From Oculina patagonica (lineage: Eukaryota): a DNA stretch of 63,885 nucleotides. The stretch is taken from the NCBI RefSeq assembly GCF_052425735.1, contig NC_135771.1:24924116-24988000 (forward strand). The letters are read 5' to 3'. Numbering within the stretch: the stretch's first letter is position 1; each line of letters starts with the position of its first letter. A program made the position numbers and the translations under genes. Positions 49,448-63,400 of this stretch are shown one piece after another. Below the pieces are notes generated by a model, which made no database searches, had not been told where the DNA came from, and saw only the letters and a program-made list of their open reading frames with translations.

Positions 49448-51588
49448 TTAGCAAGGATAGATAAACATGCCCCAAAGGAGCTTCAACAGCTTTCGGGGAA
49501 TGATCCAGGGATCGACCATGATGTTGACCAGGAGATCCCTTCCAACAGCGCGTCCCTTTGGAGAGCACATAGCCCGGCGCCAGACCTTCAGTAACAGCCC
49601 CTTAGTGTCGACATTTGTACTGTGGAAGAAATTGATCGCCAAAAGTGCACGATTTTGCGCGGGACTGAGGTCTGGGATGAAAGGAGCTTTGTCATCGCTT
49701 TTCAAGATTCTTGGTGGTAACGCCATCTGTTGTTCGCCGGTGTTATTGAGATCCGTTCGAAAGTGTGTAGCTGCAATGAATTCAACAAGTAGGGCCCAGC
49801 CTACCCCGAACTTTCTCTCAGGCAACGATAAGAGACTGACCTCCTCGGTGAAAAGAGGTTGTGCTGAAAGCAAATAAAAACAAAATATCAAAACGAAGCA
49901 AAAACCAATAAACAACATACCATATTCTCACTAAATTTCGCGAGTACTTAATTTCGCGAAAACTGAATCAAGAGCCATATTTCGCGAGTATTTAATTTCG
50001 CGATTGTGAGAAAGGTACAATTGGACCTCGAAACTGTAACAACATAATTAATAGGAGTCATCGTTAAAAACAGCAAACAAAACAATATACACATAACAAA
50101 ACAAAAGGTATTCAACAGTCTAAATCCCGAATAGGTTCATCTACGACTGCAAGAGCGGGATTTTGAGGAACTTGGCGGCAGAGAACAGTTAGAACAGTAC
50201 GACTGATGGAGTGGAAGATAACTTATGGACAAAATTAAACAAAAAAAACACCTAAACATGAAGCTCACACATGTTAAAATAACCATGATAAAACACATCG
50301 AGCTTCACTTTTTTAATGTTAGTACGATATTAAATTTCGCGATTTTAAACTTCGCGTGTCCTATATTTCACGAGTATTAAATTTCGCGATTTTTTCAGAA
50401 TCGCGAAAATCGCGAAATTTAGTTCTCGCGAAATTAAGTGAGAATAAGGTATACAACAAAAGCTATTCTAAGAAGCGATTCTTCATAGCTGATAGCATAG
50501 TTCTTCAATAAATATTAACTTTTTTAATAGTGCCCTTCCGACTGTGATCTTCATTATGGTTCCAATGCCATAGGATTTCCTCCCCCCCCCCCCCCCCCCC
50601 ACTCCCAAAATTCTTCTTCTCCCTTCTTCTTACATTTTCACTCGCTCCAATCCTTTTCGTCCTGCGTCAAAATTTGAATGCCTTATGCATGTGGGCCACA
50701 TTTTGGCTTCAAAAATATTCACGCATTCTTACATTTGTAGACTACCAGTAAGCGAAGATTGGCTTCGTATATTACTTCTACCTAAAAACACCAAGATTTT
50801 ATTTTCCCTGCAGACCTCTACATGCAGATGTTACCTTCACTGTGGGTGTTATAAGATAAGGTAAAGCAATTTTGGCGTGAATATCATGAAGTTTACGAAC
50901 CTCTTAGTATGGACGTTGTGTGAGCTTTCCACATCAAGGCAACCGTAGCGTCCTTTTCAGGATCAAAGGAAGATGACTGCTGAGTAGAAGCAACTTTTAC
51001 ACGTTCAAAGAACTCGGTCCAGTCACGAATGACCTCAGGATGGTCCAACGAACACTCTTGAATACTTGTACAGAACTTTTGTTTGACTTTGTCGCTCACA
51101 TTAGTCGGTTTAGCAATGTACACAGGGTGCCTCAGAGGGGCGAATACTCCGGCATTCAAGGCCCCCAGGAATGGTAGGACTGAGAGGTAGTAATTCATAT
51201 CGGCCCACCAGCTGTTTGGGGACACACAGCGGGGCTCAGCGCTACATTTCTGGCTATCCGCCATGTCACGGAGGCGACCAGAAGACATTTGCCATCCGAA
51301 CTGCAGCGGCAGTCCCCAAAGGAGGTTCCCAGTGTTGTTATACCCCCAGGAATTGAAGTACCCGTGGGTGTTTTGCACCATCAACTTGAAAATCCCCATT
51401 CTCTGTAGATAATCCCAGGGGTTGATAATCGTCATCATTTTGTCATCTATCTGCCCAACGGGGTAGTCGTCCAAAGAGGCCGGAGCTTCCCACCAACCAG
51501 GTGGATAATGATGCTGGGATGCTGAGACGGGAGGGGATAAATGGCTTATTGCCATGCACAGCACGGCAAGGCAGCCCAGATAACACAT
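49448..51588 (-). CDS. LEG1: LEG1 secreted protein, copy B, 367 aa
   Basis: Exons 51588-50901 and 49863-49448. Exon 1 is 688 nt as in copy A and near-identical; the C-terminus differs by a 1-nt indel. Confidence 0.9.
49920..50449. mobile_element. Tc1/mariner-type MITE (TA TSD) in the LEG1-B intron
   Basis: TIR ccatattctcactaaatttcgcgag / ctcgcgaaattaagtgagaataagg. The empty site caacatatacaac is visible in the copy A intron (46381). Confidence 0.88.
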
Positions 51589-54500
51589 AACGATTCGACT
51601 AGGTCAAAACTGCTTGCGACTGGGATAAAAGGAAACCTACAAATAAATAGAAATTGCGTCACGTACAACTTTTCCACTGAACAAACAACGGTCTAGACTT
51701 TTCCGCATTGCATTTAGAGGAAAACTATTTTCATTGGCATATGAAAAAGAAACGTTATTAAACATTTGACTATTTTTAATTTTACATTATATATTTGAGG
51801 AAATGAGAGAATTTCCCGAAATGAAAAAAGAAAATATTCAGGATTTAATTTTTGCGCATTTAAACAGCTTTGTTTAATGTCAGCAATGGTTTGTAAAAGC
51901 AAAACATTTTAAATTGAATGTTTGGACAGAAAATGCAGTTAAAAGGCGCGAATTTGTGTTAACTGACTTAATTTCTGACCAATTCTAATTCTGATGCTTG
52001 ACCATTTTTCATCAATTTTTTGTTTTATTTGGTAAACACTGTAGGTTTGTTGTGTCGGATAGTGTCCTTATTGACAGACGGATTCTACATCAGCTGCTAA
52101 ATTTCCCTTACTTCGCAATTCTATCTGATGCCAGACTAAAACTGATGCATCGTCACCGTTCGTATTCTCCATTAAATTTTAGTCCCGTCCTGGACAAAAA
52201 TATAAAACTTGCAATAGGCATTAGGCAATTACATTGCCTCATGCTCATAGTATAGAAGCAGGAGGCTTTGATTTAACTTGTATAGGGACTGTACCCTTAC
52301 CCAACTAGCGCTCTCCACGGGTAACATCACTTTCTATAAGCTCGCTGACCCCATTCAGCTACAAGTCAGCAAGTGTGGCATTCTTGCGTCGCATAGTGTG
52401 GCCACCAGCGGGGTAACGCGTGCGCGCTCTCATGAACCGGTTTGCCAAGGGGATAATCTTAGTTATGGCTAGCCTAGCTAAATATTAAACCTAAAAGTGG
52501 AGACACGTTAGGAATTGCGGGTGATATTTATTTCTACGTGTTTTGGCTCTGTCTGAATTTTTTCTCTAATTATGCATTTGTGCAGGAGCCCATGATTTGT
52601 GTTTGTCTCATGATTTCTCTCCAGTAAAATAACCTCGGCAAGAGGCCACCGGCTATGCGAAAACTTTTACCGAATTTAAGAGTGTGAGAAATGGCATCTG
52701 GCGTATAGAGCATGTCACAAAACGTCCCTTCATCTTAATTTGTTACTTTTTGTTCGGAAATTAAACTCTCGTAAGTTCTGCTTGACAGTGACATCACATG
52801 GCATATGTCCAACAAACCAGCAATCAGGAAATCACTCGAGATTCAAAGATGGCGAAATCACGTCTGCTTCAAATGATTTCACAATCTTCGCAGATTCTTT
52901 ATTTTTCAGATATTTTGCAGATGTTTTGTATAATTCATGCGCCTCTTTATGACATATATTTGGTTTCGATTTTAAAGCTGTAACTCAGAGGAAAACAACA
53001 ACAAACAGCAACAACAACGGTACCCAACTTCGCAAACTTTGCCTCTTTAAGTCAAGCATAAGTAATTTAAATTCAAACACTTTGAGGTCATTTGGATAAG
53101 GTCATGAAGCTATCTCAATTAACACACAGAAATTCATCACCTTAAAAATAAGTAAAGCAACTTACAATTTTCTTGAGAGTGATTCCGAAGATTTCTCCCT
53201 AAGTGTTTGTTGAGCGAATGGGACCACACATACACTGAGCAGAACTTTATTCTTAGATCACGTGCGTTTACAATGCAAAGTACACAACCACGCGACCTCG
53301 TTTTGGGGCTGACACCAGGCTCTGTCCACAGCCGGGTTGTTGCGCAGTGATTTACCCAGGTCCCATTTAGGGGTTTTCTTTACCTCAGCTCAATTACAAC
53401 AAACAAAAAAATCAAGAACATTACATGTCTTTGGAAAGAGTGTGACCACATAAACCGCTTTCTCAAATTTACAACTTGAGCGCGCTTATAAAACACATTT
53501 TTTCTGCGGTTTGCCCTTCCGTCCCAATTTTAGCCACCGAAAACGAAACTTATTTTTGCAAACGCTGACGTCACAAAGTCGAATTTAGCTCTGACTCGAG
53601 TTTGAGACTCGAGTAATGTACGCAGACCTGCGCATGCTCTGCCATGGATGGAAGGCCCATTCCGTAAGGGACCCTTAAGGCCCATTTTCCTACCTCAAGT
53701 CTTTGTTCCATTCTGTGCACGCTTGACCGCTGGTCAAAGGGAACGAAGGGTCTGGGTACGAGGGTGTGGAAGGCCAAACCGGTCGGATATTAAAAAGAAA
53801 ACTTGCGTTTTAAAATATATTAGGATTTATGTGGACAACGCCTCATTAGGGTGAAAATTTTCATAACAAATTATTTTATGCATGTCCCAAACTTTAACTA
53901 ATGTAGTTAATTTTAACAGACTGCTCCAGGCTTCTTTCGGTTTCTAAATTCAGAATTGGCATGGCTCGTCGTGGCTTCACTGAATTTTTCTGCGCCCGCG
54001 ATTCCTGTAGCTCTCCGTAGCCTCGCTATCAAACTGAATGGTAATTATATCGAAATGGGATTGTTTTTGACAGCTGTTTGGCGGGCTGTTTGATCTCCAT
54101 CACAACCCAGGCTCTCAGTGCAACACTAGTATTTGATCCGTGTCGACAAAGTTGAAGAGGAAGTATTGTTTTATTGGTGAACAGCGAATTAGGAGAGAAA
54201 AAAGCTCCAATATACAGAGACCAACGGTTTTACAAATCACCGCAACTGTGTCAATATATTTCCATGTTGTGGTTGTTGTATATTTGAACAGGTAAGTGAA
54301 GTGACCGATTGTATTTTACGGACGATATCTTATTTCTCCGGAGTCCGCGTTGAGCCGATGTTGCCCGCTGAATTGTGGATTATTCGTGAGAGTCGCCTGT
54401 TGTTTAACTGGATGCGGATTGTTATTGCTATAGATATGCTTTATTCCAACTCCAGTAAATAAACAGCTTTCGTCTTCCAGATTTAAATTTCTTTGCAAAT

Positions 54501-56887
54501 CGTCTGTACTAAAATCGCTCCCAAATAAACTCTTTCAATGCGCGTTTGTGCGAAAACGAAAATCCCCCGGATAATGCGTAAATTTTGTCTTGAACGCTTT
54601 TTTTGTTGAGGACCAACATTTACTAGTGAGGCCACCAAAATGTAGCTTGTTTATGCTAAAGATAAGGAAATATGTGAATTCTATTGAAAGATAGCTTGCT
54701 TGTTTAGCCCGCTTAACGGATCTTCATAACAAAACTGAATACCGCACCTAAATGAAAACGCGTTCTTGTTATTGAAAAGATGTCGCCTGATCAAATTTTA
54801 GCTCGGGATAATCCTTAAAAATTATTTCTTGACGTCAACAGCCATGAACATTCAATTTTTACAATTAACTATGACACGCGATGGGCGATCACATCACAGA
54901 AGATATATCCCTTGTTGTAGGTGAAAATATCATTCGAGAAAACGGCAGATGGCGAGACTGTATTGCACTGAGACATAAAGGAAAACAATAAATGCAATTT
55001 TGGAGCGTGTAAAATTTGAATAACGAGTGTCACGAAAGTGAATATCAACACATTCCAAAATTGAGCTAATCGCGAATCTCTTCGTTTTCGAGCGAAACAG
55101 AAATTCTTGCAAAAAATGTTTTTTTTTTTGTTTGTTAAAAACTACATTTAACGTTTCAATTGAAGTCGATGTGAGCAGGTGTTTTTAGTTTCGAAAACAT
55201 AATTTTCAGATAGTAGTATTATCGACTCTACCTTTGCAACGTTTTATTGGCTAGATCGTTTAATAATAGAGGAAATTATTTCATCGCTTTAGGACATTTT
55301 TTATTCAGGATGAACTCAAGAAAGTATAGAACCAATATTTGTCATTTGATACTGAATTACTTGAGAAAACAGCCGGTACTCTTTTTGGCAAAAATTAAGG
55401 TCTGCATGCTGTATATTTGGTGAATTAAATATGCCAACTGTCAGCTAATGTTCTCGTTGTTTGTCAGTTCAATTGTTTCTGTGAACCAATCGAAATTTAA
55501 AAAGGTGTCATGTAATTGTTACTAGTGACACTGAATAAGGGAAAACTGAACCACGCACCCAGCTATATCGAGATCCATAAAAAACTAAAATAATTTGCAA
55601 AATATGGGGAGATGACGTTCCTATGAAACCGTGTCGGAAATGTTCGGTTTACATTTTTCACTGTAAAAGCTTATGCCTTCGTTATAAACAAGACCAAATA
55701 CTATTTCAAATCTTTCAAGTAAAATTTATCTGTATACATGTAGTATTTAGAGAAAAAACTAGAGAACCAATGAAAAATTGCATAAAATTATTTCTATTCT
55801 ATAGTCAGAGCCTCCAAGTCTCATATTTAAGTGGAGCGGAAAACTTTAACCGACTACGCTAAGATTAAATGCGATACCTTTGAAAGGAAATTGTGTTTTT
55901 ATAAGAAAATGTTTTCTTACGCGAACTGTTTACTTCCATTCGCTGATCTTGTCAACGCGTATTTGCATACAGAAACAGGCATAATGGGCCACCTGCTCTA
56001 CCTTTGAACTATACCCAATGTAAAACGAAGTAGTCTGAAGAAAGATATAGAAAATTTATAAAGGCCGATTGGAAGGATGTTTAATATAGTGTGACGATAT
56101 GACAAGAACCTCTTAAAGGCAACGTTGTTACATTTTTGTCGGGTTTATACTGTAACACGGCGTCATCTGGGATCATAAAGGTATGATTATAGATTTAAAA
56201 TTGATTCCTCATAAAGGAAAATTAATTAGTTTAACGCTTTTCAGAGATACATTCTCAATGCGTGTTAGGACCTATTATAAAACGTTATGTGTGGTTCAAA
56301 GCGCACAATGGTGAATGATCGAGTTGTATATTGACTGACTGATCAGGCGATAAAAACGATGTAGAAACTATCAGTTTGAAAATTCAGTTGTATTAAAAGA
56401 ACGCTTTAAGCCGTTGTTCAATATCAGTCACTTGTGTATTTTATAACTTTCCTTTATTTAAAAATAGAATCCCGCAGATTGTGGATCATCCCAAAACTTG
56501 ACGAATTGAAAACACGTTTATATTTTAAGAAGAGTACAAACAAAATACTTTTTTAAATTTCTATCGTGCAAAATTACAAAATGGCAAATGGTTCAACTAA
56601 TATTGAATTTAACGGCTTTAAATTCTCGAAGCACAAAAGGTTCTGTTTGCATTTTTGACGAACTTAAAACTAACGACGGGGTCCGAATCAAAATCGGAAG
56701 CAGAATCGGAGTCGTTAACTAAGTCGGAGTCTGGAAACGGAGTTCGAGAGCGAACGTTGGCCACTTTTGACAAGATTTGAAGCCATAGCCATTTTTACCG
56801 CGTTGCATTTGGTCTGTTCATTTTTGAATTCAAGAATAAGTTATGCCTTCTTTTAGCATTGTATTGTTATTTCAGCCTAAACGTAGT

Positions 56888-57112
56888 TAGCCTGTGAACA
56901 GGCTCCGGCTGGGAAGGCCGCGAAGGAACTGACCGCGGGCTGAGAAGAAACTGGTTGCGAGTGAAGTGGCCAAATAGGAGGGGAGGAGGCCGAGGGGGGT
57001 GATGGGGGGGGGGGTGATGGGGGGCGTCCCCCTCCGCACCTTCCTTCCCACCCCTCCATCTACTTTTCCTTCCCGCTTTTTCTTCGCCCCTTCTCGACCT
57101 GTTCACGGGCTA
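56888..57112. mobile_element. MITE with TAG...CTA ends and ~9-bp TSD (Academ-like)
   Basis: tagcctgtgaacagg / cctgttcacgggcta; flanks aaacgtagt / aaacgtaat. Confidence 0.72.
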
Positions 57113-57155
57113 AAACGTAATAAGAAAATACGTTTTGTTTCAGACCTCTGTCGCT

Positions 57156-59513
57156 ATGTGTGGCTGTTCCAAAAGCACGAAGCTACTGTTGTGGAAGGCT
57201 TTGTTTCGAGTGATCGCTTTCATCGTGGTCGCATTGACTGGGGGATTAATTTTCTCGAAAGTGGAACGTCCCAATGCCGAAAATAATTCAAAGACCAAAG
57301 ACGAGCTTTTAGACAGCTTAAGGAAAGAAATGGAAAAGAAATACAATATGACCAAGAGTGATTTTGACAACTTTACCCAAATGACTAACGATGCACTAAG
57401 CCTAGATGGGCCTGAGTGGAGTTTTTACGAAGGCTTTAGGTATGCCTTTGAAACGCTGACGACAATTGGTAAGTTAAACATACAAAAGTATTTTTTCTTG
57501 AAGCTGTGCACGTGGTGAACGATATGGGTTTACATAAGTTCAAATACGGTCTAGCCAAAAGTTTCTTGAGACACTTTGAGGGGTATCAAATGGTCTTTGC
57601 GAGCATTTGCGAGCATGCGAGCAAAGCGTTTTTCTTTGCGAGCACGAGCACTGACAAAAGTTAGCCTTGCGAGCAACGAGCACTTTTCAAAAAGTTACAC
57701 CACTGAAAACCGAGCATGCGAGCACTTGTAAAAACGTGCGAGCACGAGCAAACGAGCACCCACTAAAATTTTGCGAGCATTGCGAGCACTGCGACATTTT
57801 GAGGGACCATTCATGACCCCTACTTTGCATACAAAATATACACCATCCAGTGAGAATGTCAATACAATTTAGTGTTGCCGTACTCTTCTTCCTCCCTGCA
57901 AACAGGGCCAAAATGTTGTGGGCGGGCTGTATGGATGAAAAAATGACAATTGTACTGGGGGTGGGAAGGGGGTGGCGAAGACAAATATCATTCTCTGGTA
58001 AAAAGATGAAGTGTCCTAAGACCTTTGACTAGGATATTACGTGTCCCGTTGTTTATTTCTGTAAGAACATGCTGAGCAAACTATTTGCAAACAGGAAAAT
58101 CACTTGAGGCATTTATGATAGTATTTGCATTCATATCTAGTGTTGCTTCATGAGTGTTCTTTCTTTTCCGAGCAAGGTCTTAACGCCGGAGAACTTTTAT
58201 TCTGTTATGAATTATGAAGACTTTAATGCTTGAAAGAATTTCTGAGGACGGCTTTATCTCACTTTTGCGCATGTATGTTCAAGTTCACTTCAGTTTATTT
58301 AGGTTTAACCTTGCCTAGTTCCTAGGCCTCTATTTTCGTCGCGGTCAACTCGTTTCGAGTCACTTGCTGTTCGCCCCGGATGCGTCACCGAAACATGTTG
58401 TGACGTCAAAGATACCGCGAAGGCCTGGGAAAAAAGCCGTACAGTTTAGAGCGGTTTTCACTTTGAGTGTCGAAAGTAATTCGCGAATGCTTTGGTTTTA
58501 CATTACTATGCTTAGTGATTAGTTTAAAACTCTCGCGCCACTTTTTCAGCCAATCAAAAGTAAAACCAAAACCAATCGTGACTCGCTCGCGCACGTTTTC
58601 CCGCGCCTTGTGCCGGCTACATGTATTTGCTTCGAGTTTTGATTGGTTGACTGCATTGTCTGTGTTCTTTGTGATTGGCTAGAGTGATTAGTTTGGCTTT
58701 AGTTTTACGACACTCAATTGAAAACTGCTCTTACTTTCGTCATATTCCTAGTACTAGTTCAAGTTATCAGTAACAAATAAAGAGAAACAAAACATATTAT
58801 TTTATTATTTTCTAGGGTATGGTACCCTGGCACCATCCACCAGTCTTGGCCAGGGACTATGCATCGTATTTGCAGTATTGGGCATTCCTGTTACCATTCT
58901 AGCATTTAAATCAGTTGGTGAGCTTATCAGCGGTGGAATTATCTCCATTATCGCATTCATCGAAAGCAAATGCTTCAAAAGAGAACCTTCTCACGTTGAG
59001 GCCAAGTGTACCGCAGTGACATGCGTACTAATGTTGATAATGTTACTATTAGGAGCCACGTTGCAAGCATATGTATATCATACCGATGACATGACTTTTC
59101 TGGAGGGATTTTATTTTTGGTTTATTACCTTCACAACTGTTGGATACGGCGATTTCGTACCAGGCTATTCCAAAAACCCAGCCTCCTCCCAAAACAATGG
59201 ACATGCAAGGAATGAAGCTCTTCGGACGGCAAATATAGCTTTCAATATCACTTGGACCACGCTTGGTTTGTGTGTGGTTTCTAGTGTGCTCAATGCTGTA
59301 GCCGCGTTCATCGAGAAGCGATCCGCTGAACGGCTGCGTACAAAGTGCTGTTCTTGTTTACACGGCGATCAGGAAGAATCGGAGGAAATAGACTCGAAAG
59401 ACAACGATAGTTATCGAGTGAACAATTACAATGGAAGTGAAAAAATTGGAAGTGGAAATGGAAGTGAAAAAATTCCTGAAGATGAAAATTATCACAGCGT
59501 GACGTATGTGTGA
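57156..59513 (+). CDS. Two-pore-domain potassium channel (K2P/KCNK), 2 coding exons, 336 aa
   Basis: Exons 57156-57468 and 58816-59513 splice to give TLTTIGYG (P1). P2 is TFTTVGYGDFVP; four TMs; FAVLGIP in M2. Confidence 0.93.
57579..57821. mobile_element. MITE with gcgagca internal repeats
   Basis: aggggtatcaaatggtc / gaccattcatgacccct ends; many gcgagca units. Confidence 0.7.
58447..58731. mobile_element. Palindromic MITE
   Basis: agagcggttttcactttgagtgtcg / cgacactcaattgaaaactgctct; internal CCAATCA / TGATTGG symmetry. Confidence 0.75.
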
Positions 59514-60449
59514 TAAGGTGCTCAATATACCAGATCTCTTCTTGTGGATAAACTGAAGAGCACTGGGAAAGAGATTTTCAAAGCATAGAGTTTTAGCTTG
59601 GCAATCGTTTGCTCCAGGTCTGCTCATTTCGCGTACTCTGAGACCTCCCCGAATACCAAGCCTTATTTCTCTACCAATGAAACTACAGGGTGATAAAATC
59701 ACAGACAAACAGACATCACGTGAAGTGGCACGTGATCGTTGATGATCTTATTTCCTATGATACAAAAAGAAAATCCGCCTTTTTTGCGGTCACTCAATTT
59801 AGGTGAATGCAAAAACTTTGTATATCTATCATGACACAGGTTATTGACAAATGTCATGCATCAAGTTTATTTATTATTTTCTCACACAAAACAAGGAACC
59901 GAGATTTACACGTGTGTTAAGTGACACGTTGGTTTTGAGGCTGATTATATTTGTTTTGTTTTTACAAGAACTGCCGTATCTTTGCTTTCCTTGGGGCAAC
60001 GTTAGGAAAGCCAAGGAAACTAGATTTCACAAGATTCCCTTATTTCAATGGTTACTGCTATTGTTGGAGAAACAAGCACTTTCTTGTGGAATCTCATTTC
60101 TAAGATTTTACTGAGCCCCCAAGTTTTGATAGAAAACTCCGTTGCCAAGCAACATGACGTACTTTCATGACATCATGCTATCATTCGGAGAACTTCGTGC
60201 GTTCGTGTTTTTTAATGATTTGACAGTCAGACATTCGTCAAGTACTTTTACGAAGATTTGACGAAAACAGTTCTCACTCGTCCAAATGACAAAGGAGGCG
60301 ATGATTTAACATTTATACAAACGTGATAAAAAAATCCATTTAAGCCTTAGCACAAACTATTATGATACAATTAACTGTGCTTAACAACGACCATTATTTT
60401 AGTCTGCATAACGATTGCTATCTGTTTTACTTCATGCAATAAATAAACA

Positions 60450-63400
60450 ACTACACTTCAACAAAGGCATTGTGAGATTGCAAGGAACCCCAAAGAGCAA
60501 GAAAAAATAGGTTCTCTTGTTTTTGTTTTCTAAAAGGGTAACAGGAAAATATTGCTAAAAATATCGCCGTCACTTGAAATCCTGAGAACCACCCCCACCC
60601 CCACCCCTGATGGGGGTTTGACGCACTTTGGATTACAACAACCAGAATTCGTAAAACTCATAAACAAATTCTATTCATTAAATCGAAGTATTACAGTAAA
60701 TGTCTGGCTATATATAAACGTTAAATGGATTTCTGAACCGGCTTAATAGTAATAATGTTCTTAATGTAAAGTTCTGTTTTTTTTCCCCCATAAAATCAAA
60801 CAAAAAATTATATTGATGACGGGAGTCCATATGTAAATTAAGTACTATTGTTTTCTAAGAAGTTAAATTATTCAACATTACTCATTTATTAATCGGTTAA
60901 ACTCCTGTCAAATTCGAAACATGAATTTGTCAGGAGCCCATTATACAAGTATGAATTTCTGAACATGCTCTCTTGAATTATTTTGCAAATTTTTATGTCA
61001 GTTTTACAAAAACGATAAGAAAATGATTGTCTTGGCAATTGCAAAGTTCAGTAGCGATGAAAAATGCAAATTATTGTTGATCAATGCTACATTCTCCCAA
61101 CCTGTTTCATACAAACATATAGGAACTAGTAATGAGAATTTAGCAATCAGGGTTGAATTTTTTTAAGAATTCTCTTCCAGCGTTACATTACAGTACAACT
61201 TAAAAAGGCTAAACTACATGGGAAAAACATATAAAAATATATAAAAACATATAAAAGTTTACAAATGAAAAAATACAAATAAAAATGTTCGTTGGCCTTT
61301 TGCCTAAATAAAAGCCTAAAGTTCAGAGTACAACAACTTCAAAACTGAAGAATCACATTTTGTTTATTTGTACCAAATCTACTTTCTTTTCTTCCCCTGC
61401 TTGAATTGGGCGAAAGCGCTTGTACATTTTAAAGAGGAAAACCAGTAAAACAAGATGAAACAATATGCCGAGGGAACTGCAAGCGGCAGCTATCGCTGAC
61501 AAAACATGCACCTCCGTTATTTTCTTACTGGTCTCCTCTTGCGTCTCATCCACTGAAGTTTTCTTTTCGCCATTCTCCGATCCTTCTTGGCGTTTTTTCT
61601 TACTTTCTTCCAAGTTCTTTCTGAACTCCTCGTGACCGATGTCGAAGGATTGGCATGTGGGAAATCCTCGAGGGACGGGTGGGTGATCTTCATGGGAAAC
61701 GTTGAAAATCAACAGCATTCCCTCGAAGTGGTGCAGCATCACGTGACAATGAAACAGCCAATAGCCGGGGTTGGTTGTTCGAAAGCGGACAACAGTATAG
61801 CCCATTGCTGGTACGACCAAAGTGTCTTTGACAGGCGGGTTGTCAAAATTTAACCCAGTGGCGCTGCCTGAGGTCCAGTAAGGGTGACTACACATCTTAT
61901 CTTGGCGCCAGTTGCAGGCAATGTCGTCATTTCCGCGGAGTATTTTTCCAGTGATGTTATCAACTACAGGAAAGCCCATCTTTAAGACCTGAAAACTGTA
62001 ACCATGGAGATGCATCGCGTGGTGCGCCTTGCCTTTGCTTCCGAAATCTGTGCCTTTCTGTAGACCTCCAAAAATGTCAGACATCATGACAAGTTGTACT
62101 GTTTTATTAGCGGGAAGGGTTATTAAGTTCGAACACAGACATCCTTTTTTCTCGCAATCGTGAGTGCAAGGAACCAGTCCCAACGTGGACGGATGTTGGA
62201 AGAGAGGTGCACTGGGCATAATAGTTCTGCGACTGTTTATGGAGGATCCAATTGGAAAGGCCATGTTCAAGAACAGTTCCACGTCGACATTTTCGTCCTC
62301 GAGTGAAATCTCACCCTCGTGACCATGGTAACGAGAATTGTCTAATCGAAGATCCGAAAATGCGACGCATTGCATGTTGGGGTATAGATCTTGGCGATAG
62401 GCCGGCCATGCACAGTTAAGAATTTTGCAAGGAGATTTAGAGGTGCAGTTTCGTCTTTGACTCGTCGGATCCCCTGTCATGTTGCTTGTTCCTTCGTAGT
62501 GTAGAATTGCCTTCGCATCCCAAACGATGTCGTCGGGCTGAGGGTTTTCGAAGCCATATCCCATTCGAAGAGTCGTTGCTCGCATCCAATATCTTCCTGG
62601 ATTCTGATTGGCTTCGAATTCAACCACATATGTTTCCCCGGGGAAAACGATTACAGACTCTAGTTCCATGGGTTCAACTGGATTTCCGTCACTCTCAACG
62701 ACGGTCAGCTCGTGATCGTCGATAGAAACTCGGTACGCGAATTCTCCCGAAGCCAGAACGATGTGTAGCCGATATCTTTTCCCCCTGGTGGCCATAAAAA
62801 CTGTCAGGGGAGCGCTGTTATTTCCTTTTCGACCGCGACCGTTTATGAGACCAGACCAATAGTCCATAGAGCTAAGCTTGACGCCGTCGAAGGAAGCACC
62901 CTTTTTCTCGATTGGGAGAAAAACTGATTTCGCTGTCCCAACAGGTGCAAACTGGAAGGGATCAAGTAACTGGATTTCGGTAGAAGCGACAGGAAACCAG
63001 TCGGTTATCACTACAGGAAAGTGAGGAATTACTCCTCTTTCTTTCGATCTGTGAACGATTAATGCTCCATAAAGGCCGTCTACCCTTTGAAGATCGTTGT
63101 GAGAGTGATACCAGTGAGTTCCCGGAGGATCAGCAATGAACCGATAAGTAAAGCTCGCACGAGGAATAATCGGACATTGTGTTACATAAGGAACTCCGTC
63201 CATCCAAACATTGTGGCGCATGTGAATACCATGCCAGTGGATTGCGACTCCTTCTTTTTCCATTTCGTTGACAACTTTTATGGCGACTTCTGCGCCTTCC
63301 ACAACCTCTAGCGTCGGTCCTGGAAAGAGCCCGTTGACAAGAATAATCTTCCTTTGACTACTGCCATCAACGGTGTGTACCATTTGTGGAGTAAGCGACA

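Larger units (their letters stand above)
45200..52745. repeat. Tandem duplication of the LEG1 locus (units ~45200-48745 and ~48860-52745)
   Basis: Colinear homology across 3' flank, exons, intron and ~1.2 kb of 5' flank (e.g. 48023-48180 vs 51997-52150; 48694-48735 vs 52693-52733). Confidence 0.85.
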
